Below are positions 27,644-35,761 of a DNA stretch of 64,000 nucleotides, one piece after another. Below the pieces are notes generated by a model that made no database searches, was not told the origin of the DNA, and worked only from the letters and a program-made list of their open reading frames with translations. The position numbers and the translations under genes were made by a program. The stretch is from a virus. Location of the stretch: positions 1 to 64,000 of IMG/VR virus record IMGVR_UViG_3300042562_002450. One strand, written 5' to 3'. Each line of letters begins with the position of its first letter. Position 1 is the first letter of the stretch.

Positions 27644-27981
27644 AAGTTACAGAACTAAAAGTCTATCCAGTAAAAACAGCAGCTGGAAAAGTAAAAGCCA
27701 ATGGCGTTGTCACATTTGAAGAAGCTGTAGATCTTAAGTTCATCGTTATGGCAGGTCCAAAGGGTGACTTTATTTCTTGGGCTGGTGGTAAGGCTTATAA
27801 AAAGAAAGATGGGACTAATGGTTGGGATTCTCCAATTTTCATTAAAGACAAATCTCTTAATGATGATCTTACAGGACAAATCCTAGCAAAATTAAAGGCT
27901 TACTCTTCTGGCAATAACAATAATGCATCAATAGGTCAAACTAATGACGCATCGTTTGCTTCAGATGATATTCCGTTCTAA
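27640..27981 (+). CDS. SpoVG-like nucleic-acid-binding protein with SSB-type acidic tail
   Basis: MKVTELKVY..KVKANGVVTFE..GPKGDFISW SpoVG pattern; ends DDIPF; ATGA overlap with RT. Confidence 0.7.
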   Translation: MKVTELKVYPVKTAAGKVKANGVVTFEEAVDLKFIVMAGPKGDFISWAGGKAYKKKDGTNGWDSPIFIKDKSLNDDLTGQILAKLKAYSSGNNNNASIGQTNDASFASDDIPF

Positions 27982-27985
27982 ATAA

Positions 27986-28147
27986 AAAAATGTGGGGATA
28001 CAGTCGCATTGAATCATATAAGCCGACTTGCTGGGTATCTTAAATGTTAAGCTGAATATGCCCACTTTTAAATAAAACAATAGCTTAAAGCTCCACTTTG
28101 AAACTTAATACTTACTTTATGTTTCAGTGGGGCTAAGTTCTTGTTTT
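27986..28147 (+). ncRNA. Candidate structured RNA downstream of the RT operon
   Basis: Multi-stem domain (GTGGG/CCCAC, GATAC/GTATC, AGTCG/CGACT) plus a 74-nt imperfect hairpin. Confidence 0.5.
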
Positions 28148-28237
28148 TACTATGAAAAGTCTTAAATTAGATAATTGAATTATTTCAGGTTTATCTGTAT
28201 ATTAGTTGTAGAACTATATACACAAGTAAGGTTTCTT

Positions 28238-28831
28238 ATGACAGTACATAAAGGAATCACTTCTCAAAAACGAGCAGATAAGATATCAAAAATCTTAAAG
28301 TATGCTAATCAGATATTGAATATCGAAGTTGAGTTTGTTGATCAAAAAAAATTAGGATCGGATGCCGGTGGCTATGTTGCGCCTAAAGGTCAATGTAAAG
28401 GTAAGATAACAATATCAAACGAATACAATGGTCTTACTACAATATTAATTTTATTACATGAGATAGGACATCATATTGATTTCCTTAAACGTGGATATGT
28501 TGAAGATGAAGATGCAGCTTATCAATACTATCCTGATGTAAGAAATACTTATTGTCCATTAAAGCATAGAAGACTAATTAGAAGTGTAGAAAATTATGCA
28601 ATCAAATATGCATATGAGCTTTCTATTTTTCTAGATTTAAAACTTCCAGCTTTAGCATATTTAAAAGATGAAATTTATACAAAATCATCCTTAGAGCTTA
28701 TCTTTAAAAATGGACCATTGAATAAAGATGAGATGCGTAAATTAAAAAAGAAATCAAAAAAACAAGCTCGCTTATTGCTTCGAACAGAATATGGTAATAA
28801 AAAAATACTACCTTTAATTAAAAAAAGTTAG
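28238..28831 (+). CDS. HExxH metallopeptidase-like protein (ImmA/IrrE-like)
   Basis: ILLHEIGH; downstream Glu in SVENYA. Confidence 0.6.
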   Translation: MTVHKGITSQKRADKISKILKYANQILNIEVEFVDQKKLGSDAGGYVAPKGQCKGKITISNEYNGLTTILILLHEIGHHIDFLKRGYVEDEDAAYQYYPDVRNTYCPLKHRRLIRSVENYAIKYAYELSIFLDLKLPALAYLKDEIYTKSSLELIFKNGPLNKDEMRKLKKKSKKQARLLLRTEYGNKKILPLIKKS

Positions 28832-28910
28832 TTCCCAAGGACATTAAATCGAAACGATTATTTATTGTGCAATAATATTAATTATTATTAATAGAATATT
28901 AAGGTGAGCA

Positions 28911-29225
28911 ATGATAGAAAAATATTATATTTATTTTTTTCCAGAAAGAGATAAAGAAAATCCTGCAATCAAAATTGGTTACAGTAAACATCCACAAAAA
29001 AGAATTAAACAATTACAGACTGGTCATCCAACTAAGATTGGATGTGAAGGTTGGATAGAAGTTGATAGTGAAGATAGTGCTCAAAAACTTGAAGCTAAGT
29101 ATCATGCAACTTTCATTAAAGAAAGAATTAGAAAAAATGGTGAATGGTTTAGATATACAGAAAACATAAAAGTATTCTTAGATCAATTAAGAACACATCC
29201 AAAATTTACAAGATATTATCATTGA
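28911..29225 (+). CDS. T5orf172/GIY-YIG-like nuclease domain protein
   Basis: IKIGYS..PQKRIKQLQTG...EAKYH...GEWF. Confidence 0.8.
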   Translation: MIEKYYIYFFPERDKENPAIKIGYSKHPQKRIKQLQTGHPTKIGCEGWIEVDSEDSAQKLEAKYHATFIKERIRKNGEWFRYTENIKVFLDQLRTHPKFTRYYH

Positions 29226-29250
29226 CGAAAACATAATATTTTACTAGAAT
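29222..29250 (+). promoter_or_regulatory. Sigma70-type promoter
   Basis: TTGACG-N17-TAGAAT upstream of the Whirly-like gene. Confidence 0.7.
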
Positions 29251-29319
29251 AATAGAACGCAAACGCAATGTTTGTTAACTATTTTTAGGGCAAAATTATC
29301 AGCCCGCTATGGAGTTTTA

Positions 29320-29784
29320 ATGTCTACAGTTAAGTATCCCGAGTCTGTTTCTTTTTACAAAAAATCAGCTGAATTACAAGTCAAATTGAAAAAACCAGAG
29401 ACAGATGCCGATGGAAGAATCATTAAAGGCAAAGAAGGCTGTATGTTTTTCGAAGCAGCAAGAGCAATTCCTGGTGATCCAGATGGTCGAATTGATTGGC
29501 CAAGTAAAATCATTATGAAAATTGGCGTTAATGACATTGGGCAATTAGTTGCTTTTTTGTCAGGAAGAGCTGATTCTTGTAAGTTGTTTCACAAAAATGC
29601 ATCAGGTGCATCCTCAACTCTTGAGCTATCAGCTGGAGAGAAAGGTTCAGTCGGAGTTCGTATCGGGAAAAAGCTAGGTGAAAATCAGCAAGTTAGTTCG
29701 GCTCAACTATATTTAAGTGGTCCTGATTCTATCATTTTAGAAGAACTATTAAAAGCATCACTTCCAATCGTACTAGGATACTAA
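29320..29784 (+). CDS. Whirly/PC4-fold ssDNA-binding protein candidate
   Basis: FYKKSAELQV, KEGCMFFE, RIDW..K, DIGQL, SCKLFH parallel plant Whirly motifs (from recall). Confidence 0.6.
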   Translation: MSTVKYPESVSFYKKSAELQVKLKKPETDADGRIIKGKEGCMFFEAARAIPGDPDGRIDWPSKIIMKIGVNDIGQLVAFLSGRADSCKLFHKNASGASSTLELSAGEKGSVGVRIGKKLGENQQVSSAQLYLSGPDSIILEELLKASLPIVLGY

Positions 29785-29793
29785 TCTAAAACA

Positions 29794-29929
29794 AACTGCC
29801 GCTAGGATAAAGCTTAATTGCCCAATATAACTAGCAGTAAACTGAGCTATGGATGCAGAGATCTCGCAAAGAGCGGGGCAAACTGGCATGGGTAGTTAAT
29901 AATAGGGTTACAACCTATTAAGGGCAGTT
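29794..29929 (+). ncRNA. Candidate structured leader RNA upstream of clpP
   Basis: Closing stem AACTGCC/GGCAGTT, three internal stems, complementary loops TTGCCC/GGGCAA. Confidence 0.55.
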
Positions 29930-29950
29930 CTATATCTAAAAGGGATATAA

Positions 29951-30703
29951 ATGAAATACAATTTGAATTACTGGATGAGTCCAAAAAAGCAACAGAATGT
30001 AAATCCTCGTATTCATGAATATGAAGAAGAGAAAGAATCAGCTCCAATGATTGCTTCATTAAGTCAGAACACACATCCAATTTTCTCAAGAGCAATTCTT
30101 TTTGATCAAGAGATTAATGAAATGACTTCAACTGCATTAAGAGCAGAAGTCCTAGCTAAAAGTGCAGAAGACCCATCGGCTCCTATCTATTTATTCTTGG
30201 GATCTCCAGGTGGTGGACTTTACGAATCATTAGCTATCTATGATACGTTCCAATTGATTTCAAATCCTATCATTGCTATCTGCTCAGGCAAGGTTATGTC
30301 GGGTGGTATCTTGATTCTACTTGGTTGTGATATTCGATTATCAACACCAAATAATACTTTCATGATTCACCATGGTCACACAATGCTTAGTGGAAATGTT
30401 GTTCAATTAAAAGAACAGCATAATGAGATTGAATCTTTAAATGATCGTATGCTTGATATCATTATTAAGAAAACTGATATTAGCCGTGAGCAATTAAAGA
30501 CTTGGTTGGTTAAAGATCATTACATGAATCCTGAAGCTGCTTTAAAATATGGATTGATTCATCATCAGATCAGTTCTCTAGATGAAATCATCATTGAAAA
30601 AGAACCAATTCCTGTAGATGCTATTCTAGATAGCGCTGTTCAAAAGCCAAAGAAAAAAGCAGCTAAGAAGATTTCAAAAAAGAAAGTAACAAAGAAAAAA
30701 TAA
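29951..30703 (+). CDS. clpP: ClpP-like protease with Lys-rich tail
   Basis: LGSPGG, AIYD, VMSGG (Ser), FMIHH (His), EAALKYGLI. Confidence 0.9.
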   Translation: MKYNLNYWMSPKKQQNVNPRIHEYEEEKESAPMIASLSQNTHPIFSRAILFDQEINEMTSTALRAEVLAKSAEDPSAPIYLFLGSPGGGLYESLAIYDTFQLISNPIIAICSGKVMSGGILILLGCDIRLSTPNNTFMIHHGHTMLSGNVVQLKEQHNEIESLNDRMLDIIIKKTDISREQLKTWLVKDHYMNPEAALKYGLIHHQISSLDEIIIEKEPIPVDAILDSAVQKPKKKAAKKISKKKVTKKK

Positions 30704-30720
30704 AACAATAGGGGTACAAA

Positions 30721-31143
30721 ATGAATCAACAAAAACTTGAAAATATTGTATCCCATATTGATTATTTAATCTCAGAATTAAAGCATGTAAAAAGTAAGCT
30801 AACACAAGATGAAGGCTTACACTTAAATGTTATTAGTGATGAAATATTTGCTATTGAACTATGGGACACAGATCTTCTGGAACCAAGAATGCTTTGCTAC
30901 AAGCCCGAACCCAAAGCAATTGAGAACTTTGACTATATCAAAGAATGCCAAAAAGCTTTAGATACAATCTTAACTCCAAGGGCTTATAGTAAAACAATCT
31001 ACTGGAATAGTGACATCCCATGGGAAAGTCTAACAGAGCATTATCAAAAACTAGATCAACTATTTAAATTTGAAAAACGAGAGTTAGATGATAATTTAAA
31101 GAGTGTGGTAAAAGGACGAATCGATGCTTTATATAATCTGTGA
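30721..31143 (+). CDS. Hypothetical protein
   Basis: 140 aa ORF. Confidence 0.65.
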   Translation: MNQQKLENIVSHIDYLISELKHVKSKLTQDEGLHLNVISDEIFAIELWDTDLLEPRMLCYKPEPKAIENFDYIKECQKALDTILTPRAYSKTIYWNSDIPWESLTEHYQKLDQLFKFEKRELDDNLKSVVKGRIDALYNL

Positions 31144-31654
31144 GAATAGTAATCAGTATTCAGATACAATAAAAACTATTTGTGAACAAAAATTAAATAT
31201 TTTTGATTATGAACTTTTGGATCCAAGGACTCATAAGCTAGATAGTAGTTTTTCTACTGTTTTGGTTTTAGGTAAGCTTCCAACAAGCCTTAAGATTGAT
31301 GCTAACAAAATATTTGAAACAAAAGCCCCAGATTCAACACTTGGCGCTGAGGACAAAAAAGCTATCTTTGCAAAATTCAAAGAAGCAGTTGATTTTAGTA
31401 GAAATAATTCTTTTAAAAAAGAAATATTAAATACAGACATCCCAAGGCTTGCTGATCTCCAGCAATTCCTAGAGGGTTTTAAAGGTCAAGTAATGGAGCT
31501 AAAGATGATGGATGGCAGATACCTTGGTATCTACCCAGATGGTCAAAAGTTACCTTCAAAGTATTCTTCTGAGTATCATGTCTCTACAATCCTCAATCTA
31601 GCTAAGCTTCAGGGTATATTTAATTTTACCAAACTATCGGTTAAAGATTTATGA
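31124..31654 (+). CDS. Hypothetical protein
   Basis: 176 aa ORF. Confidence 0.65.
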   Translation: MLYIICENSNQYSDTIKTICEQKLNIFDYELLDPRTHKLDSSFSTVLVLGKLPTSLKIDANKIFETKAPDSTLGAEDKKAIFAKFKEAVDFSRNNSFKKEILNTDIPRLADLQQFLEGFKGQVMELKMMDGRYLGIYPDGQKLPSKYSSEYHVSTILNLAKLQGIFNFTKLSVKDL

Positions 31655-31956
31655 TGATAAATCCTGTTGAAATGGTTCTTAAAACAGCTATAAACTATAT
31701 TGCATTTAAAGGTGTAAAAAGTGGAGTAGATTACGTTTGGGATAAAGAAAGAGAACAGTACCAAAACGTTAGAGCAGCTCAGTGTTGCTTCTGTATGAAT
31801 ATCTGGGCTAATAATCCTACTAACTGTCCTCATTGTAACTGCAGGATACTTAAGAAGTTATTTAGAGAATTTGATTACTTTAAAAAACAAGAAGATGAAA
31901 GTCATTTTAATCTTAATCCAAACTTAACAATGGGAGGTAGGAATGGAGCTTACTGA
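31651..31956 (+). CDS. Zinc-ribbon hypothetical protein
   Basis: CCFC...CPHC. Confidence 0.6.
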   Translation: MMINPVEMVLKTAINYIAFKGVKSGVDYVWDKEREQYQNVRAAQCCFCMNIWANNPTNCPHCNCRILKKLFREFDYFKKQEDESHFNLNPNLTMGGRNGAY

Positions 31957-32491
31957 AAGACTACAAGAAAATGAGGCGGAAGTCATTGCGATGGAAGTCA
32001 ATAGAGCTTTAGAATCTGTTGATCTTATTCATTTTGAAATAGAACGAATTGCAAACAATAGAATGCTTTATGGTAAAACTGCAAATCAATGGATTGAGTG
32101 GTTTAATGTAGAAATACATCCACAGCCTGATCCATTACAAATACAAACATATTGCTCTCTCCTTAATCAGCGCTTTAATGAAGCTTATAAGCTAAAGGCC
32201 AAGACCTTGAATCATTTCGCGACTTTTAAAGCAAGTTATGAGGAAGAAAAGGCAAAAGAGATAAGTCGTATAGCCATGAGAAAAGACCGAAAGGTTGTTC
32301 CTTCAGCTGATACCTTGGAGCTTGTCGCAGATAGTCAATTAGGCAATCGCAAAATAATGTATGACCAGTACCAACTTTATATTGATTTTTGGCAGAACAT
32401 CATATATAAATTAAAGGACACGTTAGAACTAATTAGGATTGCTGGTATGAGCAACGGAACTTTATACAAAGCAGAAAGAGGGAGTTATTAA
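31943..32491 (+). CDS. Helical/coiled-coil hypothetical protein
   Basis: GGAGG RBS; 182 aa. Confidence 0.65.
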   Translation: MELTERLQENEAEVIAMEVNRALESVDLIHFEIERIANNRMLYGKTANQWIEWFNVEIHPQPDPLQIQTYCSLLNQRFNEAYKLKAKTLNHFATFKASYEEEKAKEISRIAMRKDRKVVPSADTLELVADSQLGNRKIMYDQYQLYIDFWQNIIYKLKDTLELIRIAGMSNGTLYKAERGSY

Positions 32492-32766
32492 TGACGAACG
32501 AGACAGAAGTAGAAAAAACAACAAGCGAACCAGTAAGAGAATATGGGTTTACTGTAATGGTTGAGAAAGATGGGAACATCAAACTTACACCACACAATCT
32601 TGTTAATGACTTTGAATTTGTAGGCCTAGCAGAGTATGTTAATCAAAAGAAATCAGATGTTGTAAAAACCATCGGTGTTTCAATTGAAACAAGAACTCTA
32701 CATTCAATTGGTCTATTAGCAAAAGCATTAGCAGGAGCAGCCCAGAACGATCTTAAGGTCCAATAA
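32491..32766 (+). CDS. Hypothetical protein
   Basis: TAATG coupling with upstream gene. Confidence 0.65.
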   Translation: MTNETEVEKTTSEPVREYGFTVMVEKDGNIKLTPHNLVNDFEFVGLAEYVNQKKSDVVKTIGVSIETRTLHSIGLLAKALAGAAQNDLKVQ

Positions 32767-32780
32767 TGAAGTAGGACGAT

Positions 32781-33059
32781 GTGAGCCCTGAAGCGAATTT
32801 GCTTTTTGCAATTTTTAAACAAACAATTTTGGACTATATAAAATTAGATCCCGATAGTGATTGTATTTCTGCTGACTTTTATGAGTCAGAGGGTGAAGAC
32901 TACAAAACTGCTGAAAATATAATTTTTAACAGTGGGAAAATATACTACGGGAATCTAATTTTTACATTTCATGATCTTTGTGAATTATTTCAAGAAGTTA
33001 TTCACTTAAGTCCTCGTCAATTAAAATCAGAGATTATTCAAAAAGCTATTCACTTTTAA
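32781..33059 (+). CDS. Hypothetical protein
   Basis: 92 aa ORF, GTG start. Confidence 0.55.
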   Translation: MSPEANLLFAIFKQTILDYIKLDPDSDCISADFYESEGEDYKTAENIIFNSGKIYYGNLIFTFHDLCELFQEVIHLSPRQLKSEIIQKAIHF

Positions 33060-33119
33060 AAAAATATTAAGATATCTATATAGAAAATTATATATAGAAT
33101 TCTATATAAAGGAGAACTA

Positions 33120-34166
33120 ATGGCTAAAAACGTGGCACCTCAAACTGGTGAAAAGAACAAAGCATTAGACTTAGCCTTAGCCGCAATTGAAAAACAATTT
33201 GGCAAAGGTACTGTTATGCGTATGGATCCAACTCAAATCGTGGCTGTGCCCCTACTGAGTTCTGGAATTCCAAGTGTCGATCTAGCTCTTTCAGGTAAAT
33301 ACCCAGGTGGTATTCCCAAAGGAAGGATTGTCGAAATCTATGGACCTGAGTCGTCAGGTAAAACAACTTTAACCCTTCACTTTGCTGCTGAATGCCAACG
33401 TAATGGTGGAACTGTTGCTTTTATCGATGCAGAACATGCACTAGACCCAGTCTATGCTGGTAAGCTCGGTGTTGATGTTCCTAAAATGCTTATCTCTCAA
33501 CCAGATAACGGGGAACAGGCACTAGAGATTGCTGACATGCTTGTAAGCTCAGGATCTATAGATCTCCTTATTATTGATTCAGTTGCTGCTCTAACTCCTA
33601 AAAAGGAATTAGAAGGAGACATGGGTGACTCACATATGGGCTTGCAAGCTCGCATGATGTCACAAGGTCTTCGTAAGCTTACTGGAAATATCTCAAGGAC
33701 AAATTGTACTGTGATTTTCATTAACCAACTTCGTATGAAAATTGGAGTAATGTTTGGAAATCCTGAGACAACTACTGGTGGAAATGCACTTAAGTTTTAT
33801 GCTTCATGTCGTATGGATATCCGTAGAACTGGCCAAATCAAAGATGGAGAAGAAGTTGTTGGAGCTACTAGTAGAATAAAAGTAGTTAAAAATAAAGTCT
33901 TTCCTCCTTTCAGAGAAGCCGAACCAAGCATCATGTATGCTCAAGCAGGATTTGATGTAGTCTCCGACTTACTTGATATTGCAGCCGATAAGGGTGTAGT
34001 TGAAAAAGCTGGAGCTTGGTATAAGTATAAAGGAACGAATATTGGTCAAGGTAAAGCAAATACTGCTCAATTCTTAAGAGATACTCCTCAAGAATTAGAT
34101 AAGATTAAAGCTGACTTGTCCGTCTTTTTTTCGCCAGCTAGCCCTGGTGAGTTACCTCTAGACTAA
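33120..34166 (+). CDS. recA: Recombinase RecA
   Basis: [59 protein letters not shown]. Confidence 0.97.
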   Translation: MAKNVAPQTGEKNKALDLALAAIEKQFGKGTVMRMDPTQIVAVPLLSSGIPSVDLALSGKYPGGIPKGRIVEIYGPESSGKTTLTLHFAAECQRNGGTVAFIDAEHALDPVYAGKLGVDVPKMLISQPDNGEQALEIADMLVSSGSIDLLIIDSVAALTPKKELEGDMGDSHMGLQARMMSQGLRKLTGNISRTNCTVIFINQLRMKIGVMFGNPETTTGGNALKFYASCRMDIRRTGQIKDGEEVVGATSRIKVVKNKVFPPFREAEPSIMYAQAGFDVVSDLLDIAADKGVVEKAGAWYKYKGTNIGQGKANTAQFLRDTPQELDKIKADLSVFFSPASPGELPLD

Positions 34167-34235
34167 AGCACATAGGGTCATGCCCTATCCGACGAGTGGT
34201 AATCGTGACAAGGGGTGAGAGAGCCTCACATTTTA

Positions 34236-34312
34236 GGGCGAGTAGCTCAACTGGATAGAGCACCGTCTTTCTAAGGCGGGGGTTTCAGGTTCGATTCCTG
34301 ACTTGCCCGCCA
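34236..34312 (+). tRNA. tRNA-Arg(TCT)
   Basis: Cloverleaf, loop TTTCTAA, encoded CCA. Confidence 0.92.
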
Positions 34313-34599
34313 TTCTTTATAGTATCTATAAAGACAATAATACTTTTAAAACCACCGCTCACTGCCGTTACGTGTCGTGCCTAACTACACTAACGTTCAC
34401 TTAGGTTTTAAAACATGCGACAGCATATTTTTGTTAATTGTATTAAGAGACCCAGTCGACGGTACATACAATAACATAATCAATATAAATGGTTCGCAAA
34501 ACGTTGCACTTGTCCTTAGGACATTTGCTCACCAATCAATGGGGGACAGTGATGTTCCCCAATATGATTTCAAATTAAATAACTAAACAAAAGGTCTAT

Positions 34600-34929
34600 A
34601 TGAAAATTATCGTCACAGGCGGTAGGGATTATTCAGATGCTACCAAAGTCTATTCAACTTTGGATCACTTCAACCCAGATATCATTATTCATGGAGATTG
34701 CAGTGGAGCAGATACTCTTGCTTCAAAATGGGCTAAAAAAAATAACAAACAAGAAATTCCTTATCCATATCCTGGTGAATATGGACGAGCCGGTGGACCT
34801 ATACGTAATAGGCAAATGTGTGAAGAACATCCTGATGCATTACTTCTCGCCTTTCCAGGTGGTAGCGGTACAGCATCTTGTAAAAGAGAAGCAAAATCAT
34901 TAGGCTTAAAAATATATGAGGTACTTTAA
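34600..34929 (+). CDS. SLOG family (DUF2493/YspA-like) protein
   Basis: IIVTGGRDY, IIHGDCSGAD, AGGPIRNRQM, FPGGSGT. Confidence 0.85.
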   Translation: MKIIVTGGRDYSDATKVYSTLDHFNPDIIIHGDCSGADTLASKWAKKNNKQEIPYPYPGEYGRAGGPIRNRQMCEEHPDALLLAFPGGSGTASCKREAKSLGLKIYEVL

Positions 34930-35187
34930 ATGAGTGGGTGTAGTTATGAAACGAGTTGTCCAAATTGTAATAATGAAGTTAGTGAATATAGCGACCATAA
35001 GCCATTCGGTGTTACTATCATCGGACCCTGCCTCAATTGCGGCTTCTATACAACTGTAGATGTTCATTACTTAAATCTTGAAGAGCTAAATGAAGCACGG
35101 GATCAATACAATATAGATTTTGAATATGAGGGAGAAGATATGCTTCTTCCGTTAGTGGAATTACCAGAACAGGATAAAGAATTATGA
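34930..35187 (+). CDS. Zinc-ribbon hypothetical protein
   Basis: CPNC...CLNCG. Confidence 0.6.
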   Translation: MSGCSYETSCPNCNNEVSEYSDHKPFGVTIIGPCLNCGFYTTVDVHYLNLEELNEARDQYNIDFEYEGEDMLLPLVELPEQDKEL

Positions 35188-35555
35188 AAGTAGTGATCAA
35201 TAGATGTCATGGTGGTTTTGGTCTAAGTAATGAAGCATTTGAATGGCTCATTCAAAGTAAAGGCTGGAAGGTAACTAATTATTCAAAAGACGACAAAGTA
35301 TATGAAGACCCTACTGCTCAACTAGTAAATGCTGATAGTTCATTTGGTAATAAGTATTACATGGTTGATAACCATTCCGATAATGAAACAAGAACAAATC
35401 CCGACATCATAGAAGTAGTTGAAACCCTTGGCAAAGCTGCTAATGGAATGTACGCTTCGCTAGGCATCACAGATGTGCCTGATGATGTTGAGTGGGAAAT
35501 AGGAGAATATGATGGAAGCGAATGGGTCCAAGAGCTTCATAGAAAATGGAGCTAA
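35184..35555 (+). CDS. Conserved phage hypothetical protein
   Basis: KVVINRCHGGFGLS...VETLG..ANG...EYDG.EWV motif, recalled from large phages. Confidence 0.7.
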   Translation: MKVVINRCHGGFGLSNEAFEWLIQSKGWKVTNYSKDDKVYEDPTAQLVNADSSFGNKYYMVDNHSDNETRTNPDIIEVVETLGKAANGMYASLGITDVPDDVEWEIGEYDGSEWVQELHRKWS

Positions 35556-35751
35556 ATGTATTCATGCTAACCTAGAGCCTTCTTATGGGTTTGCAGGATC
35601 TAGTGGTTGGAGAGGAATTGGTGTTGGTTACTGGTGTGCAGATTGTCATGCCGTGCCTAGGTTTTATGATGATACCGAGCTATGCTCAAAAGATGAAATT
35701 GAATATAACAAGAATAAACGAGAAAGCACTTTAGAAATAAAGGCTTCTTAA
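35509..35751 (+). CDS. Hypothetical protein
   Basis: CxH..CxxC; start uncertain. Confidence 0.5.
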   Translation: MMEANGSKSFIENGAKCIHANLEPSYGFAGSSGWRGIGVGYWCADCHAVPRFYDDTELCSKDEIEYNKNKRESTLEIKAS

Positions 35752-35761
35752 TTAAAAGGAA

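Noticed and set aside
28911-29225. T5orf172/GIY-YIG gene as a mobile homing element that brought in the RT
   Set aside because: No intron, target duplication or flanking repeats; it is a short stand-alone domain common in phages.
29860-29890. c-di-GMP-I riboswitch (GCAAAG and GGCAAAC present)
   Set aside because: The two motifs are in the reverse order to the known aptamer and the GAAA loop/receptor is missing.
34377-34586. 69-aa ORF downstream of tRNA-Arg
   Set aside because: GTG start without an RBS, inside an inverted-repeat region, with no motif; not supportable.
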